In this document: one piece after another, positions 28,189 through 37,602 of the stretch
Layout: every line of letters begins with the position of its first letter
Position numbering within the stretch: the first letter of the stretch is position 1
DNA from: Eubacteriales bacterium
GTDB lineage: Bacteria; Bacillota; Clostridia; Oscillospirales; UBA644
Direction of reading: 5' to 3'
NCBI GenBank assembly: GCA_045535665.1
Contig: JAZSMD010000001.1
Coordinates: 24,240 to 88,239 of the forward strand
DNA length: 64,000 nucleotides
Program-made: the position numbers and the translations under genes
Notes under the pieces: model-generated
Database searches by the model: none
Told to the model about the DNA's origin: nothing
What the model saw: only the letters and a program-made list of their open reading frames with translations

Positions 28189-29142
28189 TTAAAGTGTGAT
28201 GAGTCCGCACAGCCAGTACATGAACGGAATCGTTATTATATTAAGCAATACGCAAATAAACGTAAGTGAATTACCCAATTCATAGTCAAGACCGTATTCT
28301 TTATAGAACATTGTCATTGAAATACTTGGGGATGCGGCATAAACTATGGTCAGTACCCCTAAATATTCTTCGGTGAAAAAACCTGAGAGCTTTGCCAGAA
28401 TATTAACTATAAGGGGAATAACTATCAGCTTAAGCGGTAAATAAAGATATATTACCTTATTTTTGAAAAGTCCTTTCACTTGGAAATTTGTCAAAGACAT
28501 ACCCAAATAAATCATTGCCAAATAGGAGAGTGCATTTCCGAGCTTTGTGAAAGGTGTAAGCAATAAAGACGGAAGATTGAATCCGCAGAATTTGAGAACG
28601 AGACAGACAACGTAAGTTGCCATTATTGGATTCAGGGAGAATTTCCCTTTTTCTTTTTTGATACCGAGGACTCTTCTGCCTCCTGCCGAGACATATGAAA
28701 CACCTGTAGTCCAGGTTATGATGTTCGAGCCTAATGCGAGAATCGTACAGCTCAATGCGCCAGAATCACCGAATAATTCCTGACAGACGGGAACCCCCAT
28801 AAAGATACTGTTTACTGTATATGTTATTGCAACAAATACATATTTTTGCTTGTCTTCCATTTTCAGGAGCTTGGTAATAAGAATTCCCAAAAGCATAGTT
28901 GATTGTGTGAAAACAAGACCACCGATAAATAGGGGTAATCTGTCCATCAACTGTGCTATCGTCACATCGTTTGACAGAAGCTTTGACATTATCCAAATGG
29001 GAAAAACTACTCTTGTTACGATATGAGATAAATACGATGTTGATTCTTTTTTTACATATCCTGATTTAACGGATACGAAGCCTATTGCCATAAAAAGCCC
29101 CAATACCGTGACTGAGGTTATAATGGCTAACATTTGATTCAT
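28189..29142 (-). CDS. AEC (auxin efflux carrier) family permease
   Basis: Polytopic membrane protein of about 10 TM. The ORF opens with a TTG at 29169, but the ATG at 29142 has a GAAGG RBS 9 nt upstream. Confidence 0.7.
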   Translation of the reverse strand: MNQMLAIITSVTVLGLFMAIGFVSVKSGYVKKESTSYLSHIVTRVVFPIWIMSKLLSNDVTIAQLMDRLPLFIGGLVFTQSTMLLGILITKLLKMEDKQKYVFVAITYTVNSIFMGVPVCQELFGDSGALSCTILALGSNIITWTTGVSYVSAGGRRVLGIKKEKGKFSLNPIMATYVVCLVLKFCGFNLPSLLLTPFTKLGNALSYLAMIYLGMSLTNFQVKGLFKNKVIYLYLPLKLIVIPLIVNILAKLSGFFTEEYLGVLTIVYAASPSISMTMFYKEYGLDYELGNSLTFICVLLNIITIPFMYWLCGLITL

Positions 29143-29174
29143 ATGATCTGACCTTCTTTTTCTATTCAAATAAC

Positions 29175-29203
29175 ATTATACCACAGTCCGTTTAAAAAAA
29201 CAA
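29175..29203 (-). promoter_or_regulatory. sigma-A promoter (extended -10) for the AEC permease gene
   Basis: The minus strand reads TTGTTT-17 nt-TATAAT, with the last three spacer bases tgg forming the TGn extended -10. Confidence 0.5.
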
Positions 29204-29242
29204 TACCTTGATGTGAAATAATTTTAAAGAGTTGTGATACGG

Positions 29243-29401
29243 TAGGGTGACAGGGATTATCCGAGCCGTGTTTTCTACAGCCGGATTTTCGGTCATACTG
29301 CGTTAAAATACTCGCCAATCTGACGCCTTTCAAGGACGAAACGCAGAAAAGACTTAAAAAGACTCGCTTTTAGGCAGGTTCGGATAACTCCTGTCACCCT
29401 A
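29243..29401. repeat. 159-nt element closed by an imperfect inverted repeat of about 25 bp (MITE-like, or a structured sRNA)
   Basis: TAGGGTGACAGGGATTATCCGAGCC at the left end pairs with GGTTCGGATAACTCCTGTCACCCTA at the right end. It sits between a terminator and a promoter and has no coding capacity. Confidence 0.6.
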
Positions 29402-29435
29402 GGTTTTAGCGGAAATTCAAACACTTTTTTATTGG

Positions 29436-29479
29436 AAAAAAGGAATACCGTCTCCGATATTATTCTCGAAGACGGTATT
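29436..29479 (-). terminator. intrinsic terminator after the Cys-rich membrane protein gene
   Basis: 14-bp stem AATACCGTCTTCGA / TCGGAGACGGTATT, with a G-U pair on the minus strand, followed by CCTTTTTT. Confidence 0.75.
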
Positions 29480-29483
29480 TTTC

Positions 29484-30329
29484 TTACTGTTTTGAAATAA
29501 ATTGGAATACATTCTTTGTGTGATACAGCAATACAAGTTCAGCTATACCGATGATCAACAAGCCGACGGAAGAGACCAATATTGCAAGTAAAGCAATTAT
29601 TGGTATTATTGCAAGGACGATACTTGCAATAAGCACTATGTAGCAGATGATATACCATTTTATGAGTTTATCCCATTTTTCCGAAAGATCCGGGTCTGCT
29701 TCTTCCAGAACTTCTGAATGTCCTTTGAGTTGGGAATATTGCGAATAAAGCATGACTACTGCCGCAACTATTGCTAACAATGCGAGTACAGGTTCAACTG
29801 TAATTATTACAAATAATACAGTCAAAAACGTAATTACAACAGCTATCAGTCGTCCCCAAGCTGCTGCTTTATATCTTTGTGATGTGGGGGACATTTTAAA
29901 AAGTGCTATAACAGAAATAATTCCGCATACGCTTTCCGCTATGGAGCCTGTTAAATAAAGTATGTTGAACCCCTTTAATTCATCTGAGGCGAAAATTCCT
30001 GCAATTATAGACGCAATGGAAACCCAAAATAGGATAGGCATCCATTTACCTAAAACAGAAGCTTTTTGGGCAATTCTTTTATTCTTTTCAGCTTCTGCTG
30101 TCTGTTCAGAAATTCGTTCCTTCGGAATTTCATTCTTTCTTCTGAGCGTTCCGCATAAATCGTGCTGATTACATGTTTCACAGCAGTCGTGCCCTCTATT
30201 ATCGCAGCATCTGGCAATACTGCAACTTCCGTTCCATTCGTGTCCCGGACCTTCTTTACAGCCTGGACAGTTGAGTTCTTCTTTGTAAGTGCATTCTTCG
30301 CAGTTTTTTCCGCAAAATGTGTTTGACAT
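29484..30329 (-). CDS. Cys-rich (DUF3795-like) N-terminal domain fused to a multi-TM domain
   Basis: 281 aa. The N-terminal 60 aa contain 13 Cys (CGKNCEECTYKEELNCPGCKEGPG...CSIARCCDNRGHDCCETCNQHDLC). About 5-6 TM helices follow. Confidence 0.55.
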   Translation of the reverse strand: MSNTFCGKNCEECTYKEELNCPGCKEGPGHEWNGSCSIARCCDNRGHDCCETCNQHDLCGTLRRKNEIPKERISEQTAEAEKNKRIAQKASVLGKWMPILFWVSIASIIAGIFASDELKGFNILYLTGSIAESVCGIISVIALFKMSPTSQRYKAAAWGRLIAVVITFLTVLFVIITVEPVLALLAIVAAVVMLYSQYSQLKGHSEVLEEADPDLSEKWDKLIKWYIICYIVLIASIVLAIIPIIALLAILVSSVGLLIIGIAELVLLYHTKNVFQFISKQ

Positions 30330-30346
30330 TTGTTTTCCTCCTTTAG

Positions 30347-31468
30347 TTATTCTGCATGAGCTTCTACGATATGATCTACATTTATGTATTCATGGTAGAT
30401 TTCTTCGATGCCGCTTGATGTGATTCTCAATACTGTACCTCCGTTGAGTCTCTGATCCCAATAACAGCCCATACCTGTTTTAAGACCGTAAACAAGGTTT
30501 ACTCCTCTGTAGTTAATGACAAAGTTGTTTACATGGTCATGACCTACAACCATATATTTTGTGTGACCGATATCTTCGAGAATATCCATAACACCGTCTT
30601 CAACAGGGGGGAATCCGCCGTATTCGTATCTTACACCGTAAGAATCTTCATAGCCTTCATTCCAATATTCATCATTACTGCTGTCCTGCCATGTAATTGT
30701 ATTGGGGTCGATATCCTGTTTGAAGGCTTCAACAAATGCCGTTCTGTAGGCAAAAATAGGTATGTGCATGATTATTGCAGAGTCTTTATATCCCAAACTC
30801 TTCATACTCTTTACTCGGAGTTCGTACCAGTTTTTCTGTTCATCATTGAGCTTTGAATACCCTTCGTACTCATTTCCGTTTTCGTCAATATATATGTCAT
30901 GGTCGTGGGTATCCATCATGAAAATGCCTGATATGGGAGTTCCATTTTCTTCGATACTGATAACGTAGTTTCCGCTACCAAGTTCCTTTTCTCCTTCTTT
31001 GTAGATACAATTATCATATTGCATATACAGTTCTTCAATTGTATCTACATATTCGATACCGTCTTCGTTATCGTGGTTTCCCCAAACGGGAGCCCATGGG
31101 ATGCCGTAGGAATTTACACATTCAGCAACCATTTTGTACGCCTTTGTGTGTCCAGCCCATGCGATGTCGCCGCTTATTGTAATAAGGTCCGGTTGTGTTT
31201 TCTTGATGAGTTCGTCTATGGTGTATTCAAGAATTTCTCTTGTTATTTTGCCTTCATCCCATTCTTTGTTGTCCAATTGGGTATCTGTAAGATTTAAAAC
31301 GATAAAATCTTTATCCGGAGTTTTTTCCAAAACAATATATTCCTCATTAAAATGTGGTTCGAATTCTGTAAAATCTAAAAGAGTAGGTTTCCCCTGAACA
31401 TCGGAAGCGCAGGAGGTGAAAGCTGTCAATGAGAAAACGGCAAGTAAAAACATTGCTATTTTTTTCAT
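30347..31468 (-). CDS. metallophosphoesterase lipoprotein (calcineurin-like), paralog 1
   Basis: Signal peptide plus lipobox MKKIAMFLLAVFSLTAFTSCAS. Motifs LTDTQ, SGDIAW, WGNHDNE, VGHDHVNNF. The start is taken at the MKKIA ATG, which has a GGAAGGGA RBS. Confidence 0.8.
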   Translation of the reverse strand: MKKIAMFLLAVFSLTAFTSCASDVQGKPTLLDFTEFEPHFNEEYIVLEKTPDKDFIVLNLTDTQLDNKEWDEGKITREILEYTIDELIKKTQPDLITISGDIAWAGHTKAYKMVAECVNSYGIPWAPVWGNHDNEDGIEYVDTIEELYMQYDNCIYKEGEKELGSGNYVISIEENGTPISGIFMMDTHDHDIYIDENGNEYEGYSKLNDEQKNWYELRVKSMKSLGYKDSAIIMHIPIFAYRTAFVEAFKQDIDPNTITWQDSSNDEYWNEGYEDSYGVRYEYGGFPPVEDGVMDILEDIGHTKYMVVGHDHVNNFVINYRGVNLVYGLKTGMGCYWDQRLNGGTVLRITSSGIEEIYHEYINVDHIVEAHAE

Positions 31469-31548
31469 GATGTGTATCCCTTCCATAATAAAAATATTTT
31501 TTATCGATTATAAAAAAATCATATTTTCAATGGGTTGTAAGTGTTTTT

Positions 31549-32688
31549 TTAATGATTTGTAAAGCCTGAATACATCTTTGGGTCTACAAGATGATCTACA
31601 TTTATATATTCATGGTAAACATCTTCGATTCCGTTTGAAGTGATTCTCAGAACCGTTCCTCCGTTTAAGTCATGGTCCCAATATCCTCCCATTCCTGTAT
31701 GAAGGCTGTAAATAAGTTTTATACCTCGGTATGTAATGGCAAAATTATTGTAATGTTCATGTCCAACAATCATATATTTCGTATGGCCGATATTTTCTAT
31801 TACATCTATTACTCCGTCTTCTATTGGAGGAGATCCGACCCCTTCTCTGTTAACTCCAAAAGAGTCCTTGAATCCTTCATTCCAAAATTTTTCGTTATAG
31901 CTTTCTTGTACGGAAACTGAATTTCGGTTGTAGTCGTAATTGAAAGCTGCAGCAAATGCATCGTTATAGGCATATATGGGAATGTGCTGTATAATTGCAG
32001 AATCTTTGTAACCCAAAGCTTTCATGCTGATTGCTCGGTTTTGATACCATAGCTTCTGTTCGTTATTAAGCATAGAATAGCTTTTATATTCTTCACCGTT
32101 TTCGTCTATATAGGTGTCTTTAAAATGTGTGTCCATCATGAAAATACCTGTAATGGGAGTTCCGTTTTCTTCGATACTGATAACATAATTTCCTTTTCCC
32201 AATTCATTAGGACCTTCGCGATAGATACAGTTTTTGTATGTCTTGTAAATGTCTTCGATGCTATCAACAAAAACTTCTCCTTCTTCATTGTCATGATTTC
32301 CCCAAACAACAGTCCAAGGTATATCAAAGCTGTCAATAAAATCTGCAAAATATCTGTAAGAAGAAAGTTGACAAGCCCAAGATAAATCTCCACTGACAGT
32401 AATGAGGTCAGGTTGAGTTTTGTTTAAAAGCTCTGTTATCGTATATTTGAGAACCTCTATTATTACATTGTCTTCTCTCCAATCTTTTGTGTTGATGTGT
32501 GTATCTGTCAGATTCAAAACTATAAAATCTTTATCGGGTGATTTTTCAAAAACAACATATTCTTCATTGAAATGTGGGGTAAAGTCTGTGAAATCCAAAA
32601 GCGTTGGTTTTTCATTGGCATTGGATGCGCAGGAAACAAATGCTGTTAATGTAAAAACTGCAAGTAAAAACAATGCGATTTTTTTCAT
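31549..32688 (-). CDS. metallophosphoesterase lipoprotein, paralog 2
   Basis: About 65-70% identical by eye to 30347-31468. Same RBS and leader (ATGGAAGGGATACACATCATGAAAAAAAT) and the same catalytic motifs. Confidence 0.8.
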   Translation of the reverse strand: MKKIALFLLAVFTLTAFVSCASNANEKPTLLDFTDFTPHFNEEYVVFEKSPDKDFIVLNLTDTHINTKDWREDNVIIEVLKYTITELLNKTQPDLITVSGDLSWACQLSSYRYFADFIDSFDIPWTVVWGNHDNEEGEVFVDSIEDIYKTYKNCIYREGPNELGKGNYVISIEENGTPITGIFMMDTHFKDTYIDENGEEYKSYSMLNNEQKLWYQNRAISMKALGYKDSAIIQHIPIYAYNDAFAAAFNYDYNRNSVSVQESYNEKFWNEGFKDSFGVNREGVGSPPIEDGVIDVIENIGHTKYMIVGHEHYNNFAITYRGIKLIYSLHTGMGGYWDHDLNGGTVLRITSNGIEDVYHEYINVDHLVDPKMYSGFTNH

Positions 32689-32713
32689 GATGTGTATCCC
32701 TTCCATAATAAAA

Positions 32714-32747
32714 AATATGGTATTATCGCTTATAATAATACCATATT
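32714..32747 (-). terminator. AT-rich hairpin after the ABC exporter operon
   Basis: AATATGGTATTAT-8 nt-ATAATACCATATT, followed on the minus strand by TTTTTATTAT. It overlaps a TTGACA-17-TATTAT promoter-like sequence, so it could instead be an operator. Confidence 0.4.
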
Positions 32748-32768
32748 TTTGGTGATTTGTCAATACTT

Positions 32769-34529
32769 TTACGCGTTGTGTTTTACCAGAGAAGCATATT
32801 CTCCGTCAAGTTCAAGTAGTTCGTTGTGATTACCTCTTTCGGCGATCAATCCGTTTTTGATAACGAAAATAATATTGCTTTCTCGGATGGTGGAAAGTCT
32901 GTGGGCAATATAAATCATTGTTCTGCCCTTTGCCATTTCGTTTATTGCAGTCTGAACCTTAACTTCAGTACCCGTATCAATATGAGCCGTAGCTTCGTCA
33001 AGAATCAAAACCTTAGGCTCGGCAGCTATGGCTCTTGCAAAAGAGATAAGCTGACGTTCACCTGTTGAGAAGTTTAATCCTTGCTCTGTAACGGTCGTAT
33101 CGAAGAGAACCTCTTCAGACTGTGCCGCTGTGAGGGCTTTTTTCAGAACTTCATCACTTTTGGGTGTTCCCATTTCAAGGTTTTCTCTGATATTTCCCGT
33201 GAACAAAAATACATCCTGCAATACTACTGAAACGGAGCTCCTGAGTGTATGTAAACTGATTTCATTTACGTTTACACCGTCAATGAGTATTTCCCCTTTT
33301 TGCGGAGTGTAGTTGTGTGTTATCAGATTTATTATTGTTGTTTTACCTGCGCCTGTAGTTCCGACAAATGCGGCTCTTGCTCCCTTGGGAATTATGAAGG
33401 AAACACCTTTCAAAACCCAGTTTTCATCCTCGTAGGCGAACCATACGTCCTTGAATTCTATCTCGCCCTGAATGTCGATATCCGTTATACCATCGTATGT
33501 ATTTTCGGTTTCGTTATCGTCAAGAAGCTCATAGATTCGGTCTGTTGAAACAAACGCTGATTGAACTGTTGAATATTTTTCCGCAAGGTCGTTTATTGGA
33601 GCAAAAAACTGTTTTGTGTAGTTTGTGAATGCGTAAAGTACACCGACTTCAAGTACTCCACCGCTTATACCATTGTATGCGTATGCAACAAGGAGAGCTA
33701 TTACAAGCTCGTTTATCATTTCCATTGTGGGACGGAGGAAACTGTGTAACATTACCTGAGTCATTGTGCCCTTAAAATATTCATCGTTGAGCTGTCTGAA
33801 CTCCTTAAGCTTTGATTTCAGACCATTGAATACCTGTACTATTCTCATTCCTTGAATATTTTCCGAGAAGAATCCGTTTATTTTACCTGTTGTTATCTTT
33901 ACCTTTTTGAAATTTTCTTTGATTCTTTTCTTTATAGAGAATGTCAATGCAATAATGAATGGAATTCCCGTAAATGCTACCAATGCAAGTTTCCAGTCTA
34001 TAATAAGCATCATTACAAGAATTCCTATAAGAAGGAAAACATCTCTGAATAAGCTTAAAAATACGTCGCTGTAAAATTCGTTTACTGTTTCAACGTCATT
34101 TGTTGCTCTCGTAATAAGTCTTCCCGTTCCGAATTTATCAAGCTTGCTCGTGGAAAGGTGAAGTATTTTATCAAATACTTTATTTCTCATTGTGTCGAGG
34201 ATTTTTTGGGATATCCTTGTTATGAGTCTTGCCTGAGCAATACCAAATGCCGAGCCGACAGCTATTGTTATGAAATAGATGATACCCAGGGTTGTTATGG
34301 ACATATTTTCTGTCTCAACTATTCCTTTTGCAAGGAAATCGTCAATTACTATTTCTGCAATCATTGGCTTGAGAAGCTCTGCCGCATTTACTATCAGAAC
34401 AAACAATGCACACAACAGAAGCTGACCTATGTACGGTCGCATCATTTTTGCAAGACGTATGATGTTGGATTTTTTATTTATAGCCTGAAACTCTTCTTTC
34501 AGAGTGGGCTTTTTCTGTTCGGCTTTCAT
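32769..34529 (-). CDS. ABC exporter, fused TMD-NBD half transporter
   Basis: 586 aa. 6 TM plus NBD (GTTGAGKTT, FSTGERQLISFARA, ILILDEATA). Confidence 0.9.
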   Translation of the reverse strand: MKAEQKKPTLKEEFQAINKKSNIIRLAKMMRPYIGQLLLCALFVLIVNAAELLKPMIAEIVIDDFLAKGIVETENMSITTLGIIYFITIAVGSAFGIAQARLITRISQKILDTMRNKVFDKILHLSTSKLDKFGTGRLITRATNDVETVNEFYSDVFLSLFRDVFLLIGILVMMLIIDWKLALVAFTGIPFIIALTFSIKKRIKENFKKVKITTGKINGFFSENIQGMRIVQVFNGLKSKLKEFRQLNDEYFKGTMTQVMLHSFLRPTMEMINELVIALLVAYAYNGISGGVLEVGVLYAFTNYTKQFFAPINDLAEKYSTVQSAFVSTDRIYELLDDNETENTYDGITDIDIQGEIEFKDVWFAYEDENWVLKGVSFIIPKGARAAFVGTTGAGKTTIINLITHNYTPQKGEILIDGVNVNEISLHTLRSSVSVVLQDVFLFTGNIRENLEMGTPKSDEVLKKALTAAQSEEVLFDTTVTEQGLNFSTGERQLISFARAIAAEPKVLILDEATAHIDTGTEVKVQTAINEMAKGRTMIYIAHRLSTIRESNIIFVIKNGLIAERGNHNELLELDGEYASLVKHNA

Positions 34530-36310
34530 TATTCTTTCGCCCCCTCGCTGGTTTTCAGAGTGTTTGACATGTGCTGTAAGCGATACATTTCCGCATACAG
34601 TCCGTTCTTTTCCATGAGTTGGGTATGAGTTCCGTTTTCTGCAATTTTTCCGTTATCCAGATAGAATATTTCATCGCAGTCTTCTATTGCCGAAAGCTTA
34701 TGACTGATAATTACCGTTGTGGGACGGTATTTCTTGTCTTTGTAAAGCTCTGTATTCGGAAGATTTTTAATGTTTTTCAACATTGTTTGTTCCGTTACTG
34801 TATCTACCGCTGAAAGGGTGTCGTCAAGAAGTAGGAGGGTTGGCGTTCTGTAAAGAGCTCTTGCAAGGGAAATTCTTTGCTTCTGACCTCCTGAAAGATG
34901 AGTACCTCTTTCACCGACTTCCGTTTCATATCCGTCAGGGAATTTACTTTCTTCGATTACCATACAAGCCAATTCTGAAGCTGTTTTGATCTTCTCTTCA
35001 TTGGGGGAATCGTCGCAGAACGCAATGTTTTGGGCTATTGTTGCGGAGAATAAAAAACCGTCCTGAGGTACATATCCGATATCTTTTCTGAGTGTAGAAG
35101 CTCTTATATCGTTAATATCCTCGTTTCCGAAAAGTACGGAACCGTTTTCCACGGGAAGAAGCTTTGCTATTGCCGCAATAAGAGTCGTTTTACCGCTTCC
35201 CGTAGCTCCTGCAATACCAATGGTTGAACCGCTTTTGATTTTAAGGGAGATTTTGTCGAGAGACGGACTTTCTGCGTCGGGATATGTAAAAGTGAGATCC
35301 TTTATTACAATGTCTTTTCCTTCAATTGCTGAGGGTTCATCTGTTTCCAGGAATTCTTCTTCGGGTATGGATTTTTCATCGTCTATGTTTTTTAATCTCT
35401 TATACGAAGCAAGACCTCTTTGAACTCTGTTTATAATATCACCCAGCTGAACAACGGGGTTTTGTACAAGTAAAAGTAGACCTAAGAATGTTACAAGTGT
35501 ACCTGTGTCAAGATTTCCGTCAACAACTGCCTTACCTCCGAAAATCAGAGCTAATGCGTAGCTTAATCCGAAAGTTGCTTTTATTACAGGATTTACCATT
35601 GAAGAAGTGTATACGAGTGATATATTTGCGTCACGCATATCGGAGGAAATTTGGGAAAACTCGTCCTTTCTTGCTTCTTCCGTGGCGAAGGATTTTATTA
35701 TTCTGATACCCGAAATACTTTCGTTTACAAAACCCGAAAGCTTTGCAAAAAGGGATTGTACTGCGGAAAATTTTCTTCTTACTATTCTGCCCGAAACCGT
35801 TGTGTATATAATTGTAAACGGAACGGGGAGAAGTGCCAATAAGGTGAGTATGGGGTCAACTTCCAGAATCATTGTTACTATTGATATTGTAGCCGTTACT
35901 ATACCGTTGAATGACATTGCAAGGGCAGGGCCGAAAGTAAGTCTTACCGCATTGATGTCATTTATTGCATATGCCATTAAGTCGCCTGAGCTTTTATTTG
36001 CATAGAAGCTTATTGGCAAATGCTGAAATTTTACATATAACCTTTCTCTAAGCCAGCAGTCAAGTCTTCTTGCTGTACCGATTATAAAGGTTCTCCATAT
36101 AAATCTTGTGGTGAAAGCTGCTATACCGATAAGGGCGATTATCAAAGCCTGATTCAGTACGGCTGTTTTGTCGGGAGATTCGGCTTCAAGAAGGGAGATC
36201 GCTTTACCCAGAGCCTGAGGAACCTGAGTATTTATGGTTGCATTGAGTCCGAGAAATGCGAAACCGAGAATGTAAAAAATGAAATTTCGCTTTAAAAACT
36301 TGCTTATCAC
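34529..36310 (-). CDS. ABC exporter, fused TMD-NBD half transporter (heterodimer partner)
   Basis: 593 aa. GTG start with a GGAGG RBS. GATGSGKTT, LSGGQKQRISLARA, LLLLDDTLS. 1-nt overlap with the next gene. Confidence 0.9.
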   Translation of the reverse strand: MISKFLKRNFIFYILGFAFLGLNATINTQVPQALGKAISLLEAESPDKTAVLNQALIIALIGIAAFTTRFIWRTFIIGTARRLDCWLRERLYVKFQHLPISFYANKSSGDLMAYAINDINAVRLTFGPALAMSFNGIVTATISIVTMILEVDPILTLLALLPVPFTIIYTTVSGRIVRRKFSAVQSLFAKLSGFVNESISGIRIIKSFATEEARKDEFSQISSDMRDANISLVYTSSMVNPVIKATFGLSYALALIFGGKAVVDGNLDTGTLVTFLGLLLLVQNPVVQLGDIINRVQRGLASYKRLKNIDDEKSIPEEEFLETDEPSAIEGKDIVIKDLTFTYPDAESPSLDKISLKIKSGSTIGIAGATGSGKTTLIAAIAKLLPVENGSVLFGNEDINDIRASTLRKDIGYVPQDGFLFSATIAQNIAFCDDSPNEEKIKTASELACMVIEESKFPDGYETEVGERGTHLSGGQKQRISLARALYRTPTLLLLDDTLSAVDTVTEQTMLKNIKNLPNTELYKDKKYRPTTVIISHKLSAIEDCDEIFYLDNGKIAENGTHTQLMEKNGLYAEMYRLQHMSNTLKTSEGAKE

Positions 36311-36471
36311 TTTTTTGCCTCCGTATATGTTTTGTCTGTATAATACTTTAGTATTCTAACATAAGATTGTTTCATTATAATTTTCTTTATCTGACAAAAA
36401 TTAAAAAAGAATCGGAGTTGTGAAATTTTCAGTTTAAAAATGGCACAAATGGAAAATATTTTGAATAGCCC

Positions 36472-36500
36472 TTGACGATAAGGAAAAATAGTAGTATAAT
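36472..36500 (+). promoter_or_regulatory. sigma-A promoter for lgt
   Basis: TTGACG-17 nt-TATAAT. Confidence 0.6.
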
Positions 36501-36571
36501 AAATTATTAGTAGTTTTTATCTGAATCAAATTGGTTTATGCTGTTTTTCGGCAGACCGGATTGGAGTTTGT

Positions 36572-37567
36572 ATGAATACGACGAATACAATAAGCTTTAA
36601 TAAGCTTGGGATTTTTGACCTTGAGATCGACAGGGTCGCAATAGATAATCTTTTCGGTACAGGTATAGATATTTATTGGTATGCCATAATAATCACTTCA
36701 GGTATGCTTTTGGCAATATCCTTCTGTATGTGGCAGGCAAAACATTTCGGATTGAAGTCCGATGATGTTCTTGATGTTTGTCTCTGGGGTGTTCCCTGTG
36801 CCCTTATCGGTGCAAGACTTTACTTTGTACTGTTTATGCTTGATCATTTTGAAACTCTTTGGGAAATGATAAATTTCAGGAACGGCGGTCTTGCAATTTA
36901 CGGCGGTATAATTGCGGCATTTATAGTAGGTCTTGTTTTCTGTAAGATAAAAAAGAAAAATGCTCTTGCTTTGTTTGACCTTGCATCATTCGGTTTCTTT
37001 ATCGGTCAAAGTGTCGGTCGTTGGGGTAATTTCGTAAATGCTGAAGCTTACGGTTCCGTAACGAACCTTCCTTGGGGTATGTCGATCAACGGCGGAGAAG
37101 CTGTGCATCCTACTTTTATCTATGAATCCCTTTGGAATTTTGTAGGCTTCCTTGTTGCTTTCTTTGTTATTAAACGCCTTAAAAAAGAGCATGGCGAAAT
37201 ATTCTGTTTCTATATGGGTTGGTACGGTCTCGGAAGAGCATTTATAGAAGGACTTCGTCAGGACAGTCTCAGAGTCTTGGGAGTGTTCCGCATTTCTCAG
37301 ATCTTGGGTTTGGTATTTTTTGTTGGTGCAATCGTTCTCTTTATTCTTATCAGAAAAGGCGTTATACGCAAAGCTACTGAAAAAATTATTCAGAAGCAAG
37401 TTGATAAACAGAATTCATACACAAATGTTTTTGAAGGTGCTGAGGGCGACGAAGCGCCCATAACTGTAAATGAATCAGATCTCTTTATGGCGTCCTTGGA
37501 AGCCCACCGCGGAAGAAACCGTGAAGATGAAGAATCTGTGGAAAAAGATGAATCTGAAAATAATTAA
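36572..37567 (+). CDS. lgt: prolipoprotein diacylglyceryl transferase with acidic C-terminal extension
   Basis: 331 aa: IYWYAIIITSG, GGLAIYGG, GRWGNFVNAEAYG. Confidence 0.9.
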   Translation: MNTTNTISFNKLGIFDLEIDRVAIDNLFGTGIDIYWYAIIITSGMLLAISFCMWQAKHFGLKSDDVLDVCLWGVPCALIGARLYFVLFMLDHFETLWEMINFRNGGLAIYGGIIAAFIVGLVFCKIKKKNALALFDLASFGFFIGQSVGRWGNFVNAEAYGSVTNLPWGMSINGGEAVHPTFIYESLWNFVGFLVAFFVIKRLKKEHGEIFCFYMGWYGLGRAFIEGLRQDSLRVLGVFRISQILGLVFFVGAIVLFILIRKGVIRKATEKIIQKQVDKQNSYTNVFEGAEGDEAPITVNESDLFMASLEAHRGRNREDEESVEKDESENN

Positions 37568-37602
37568 GATTTTAAGATATCGGTAAATATAGGAGTTAAA
37601 TT

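Noticed and set aside
29243-29401. The inverted-repeat element considered as 6S RNA, a tRNA-like gene or SRP RNA.
   Set aside because: The interior does not form the extended rod with central bubble of 6S RNA. The GGTTCGGAT segment does not sit in a 5-bp/7-nt T-arm. No SRP domain IV motif is present.
31549-32763. The 404-aa version of the second phosphoesterase, starting MTNHQKYG.
   Set aside because: The extension is not shared with the paralog and has no RBS. The conserved RBS and lipoprotein signal peptide begin at the ATG at 32688.
36311-36571. The divergent strand switch (minus genes to the left, plus genes to the right) considered as a replication origin.
   Set aside because: I saw no DnaA-box clusters (TTATCCACA-like) and there is no dnaA or dnaN nearby. 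The orientation switches back again at 47.1 kb.
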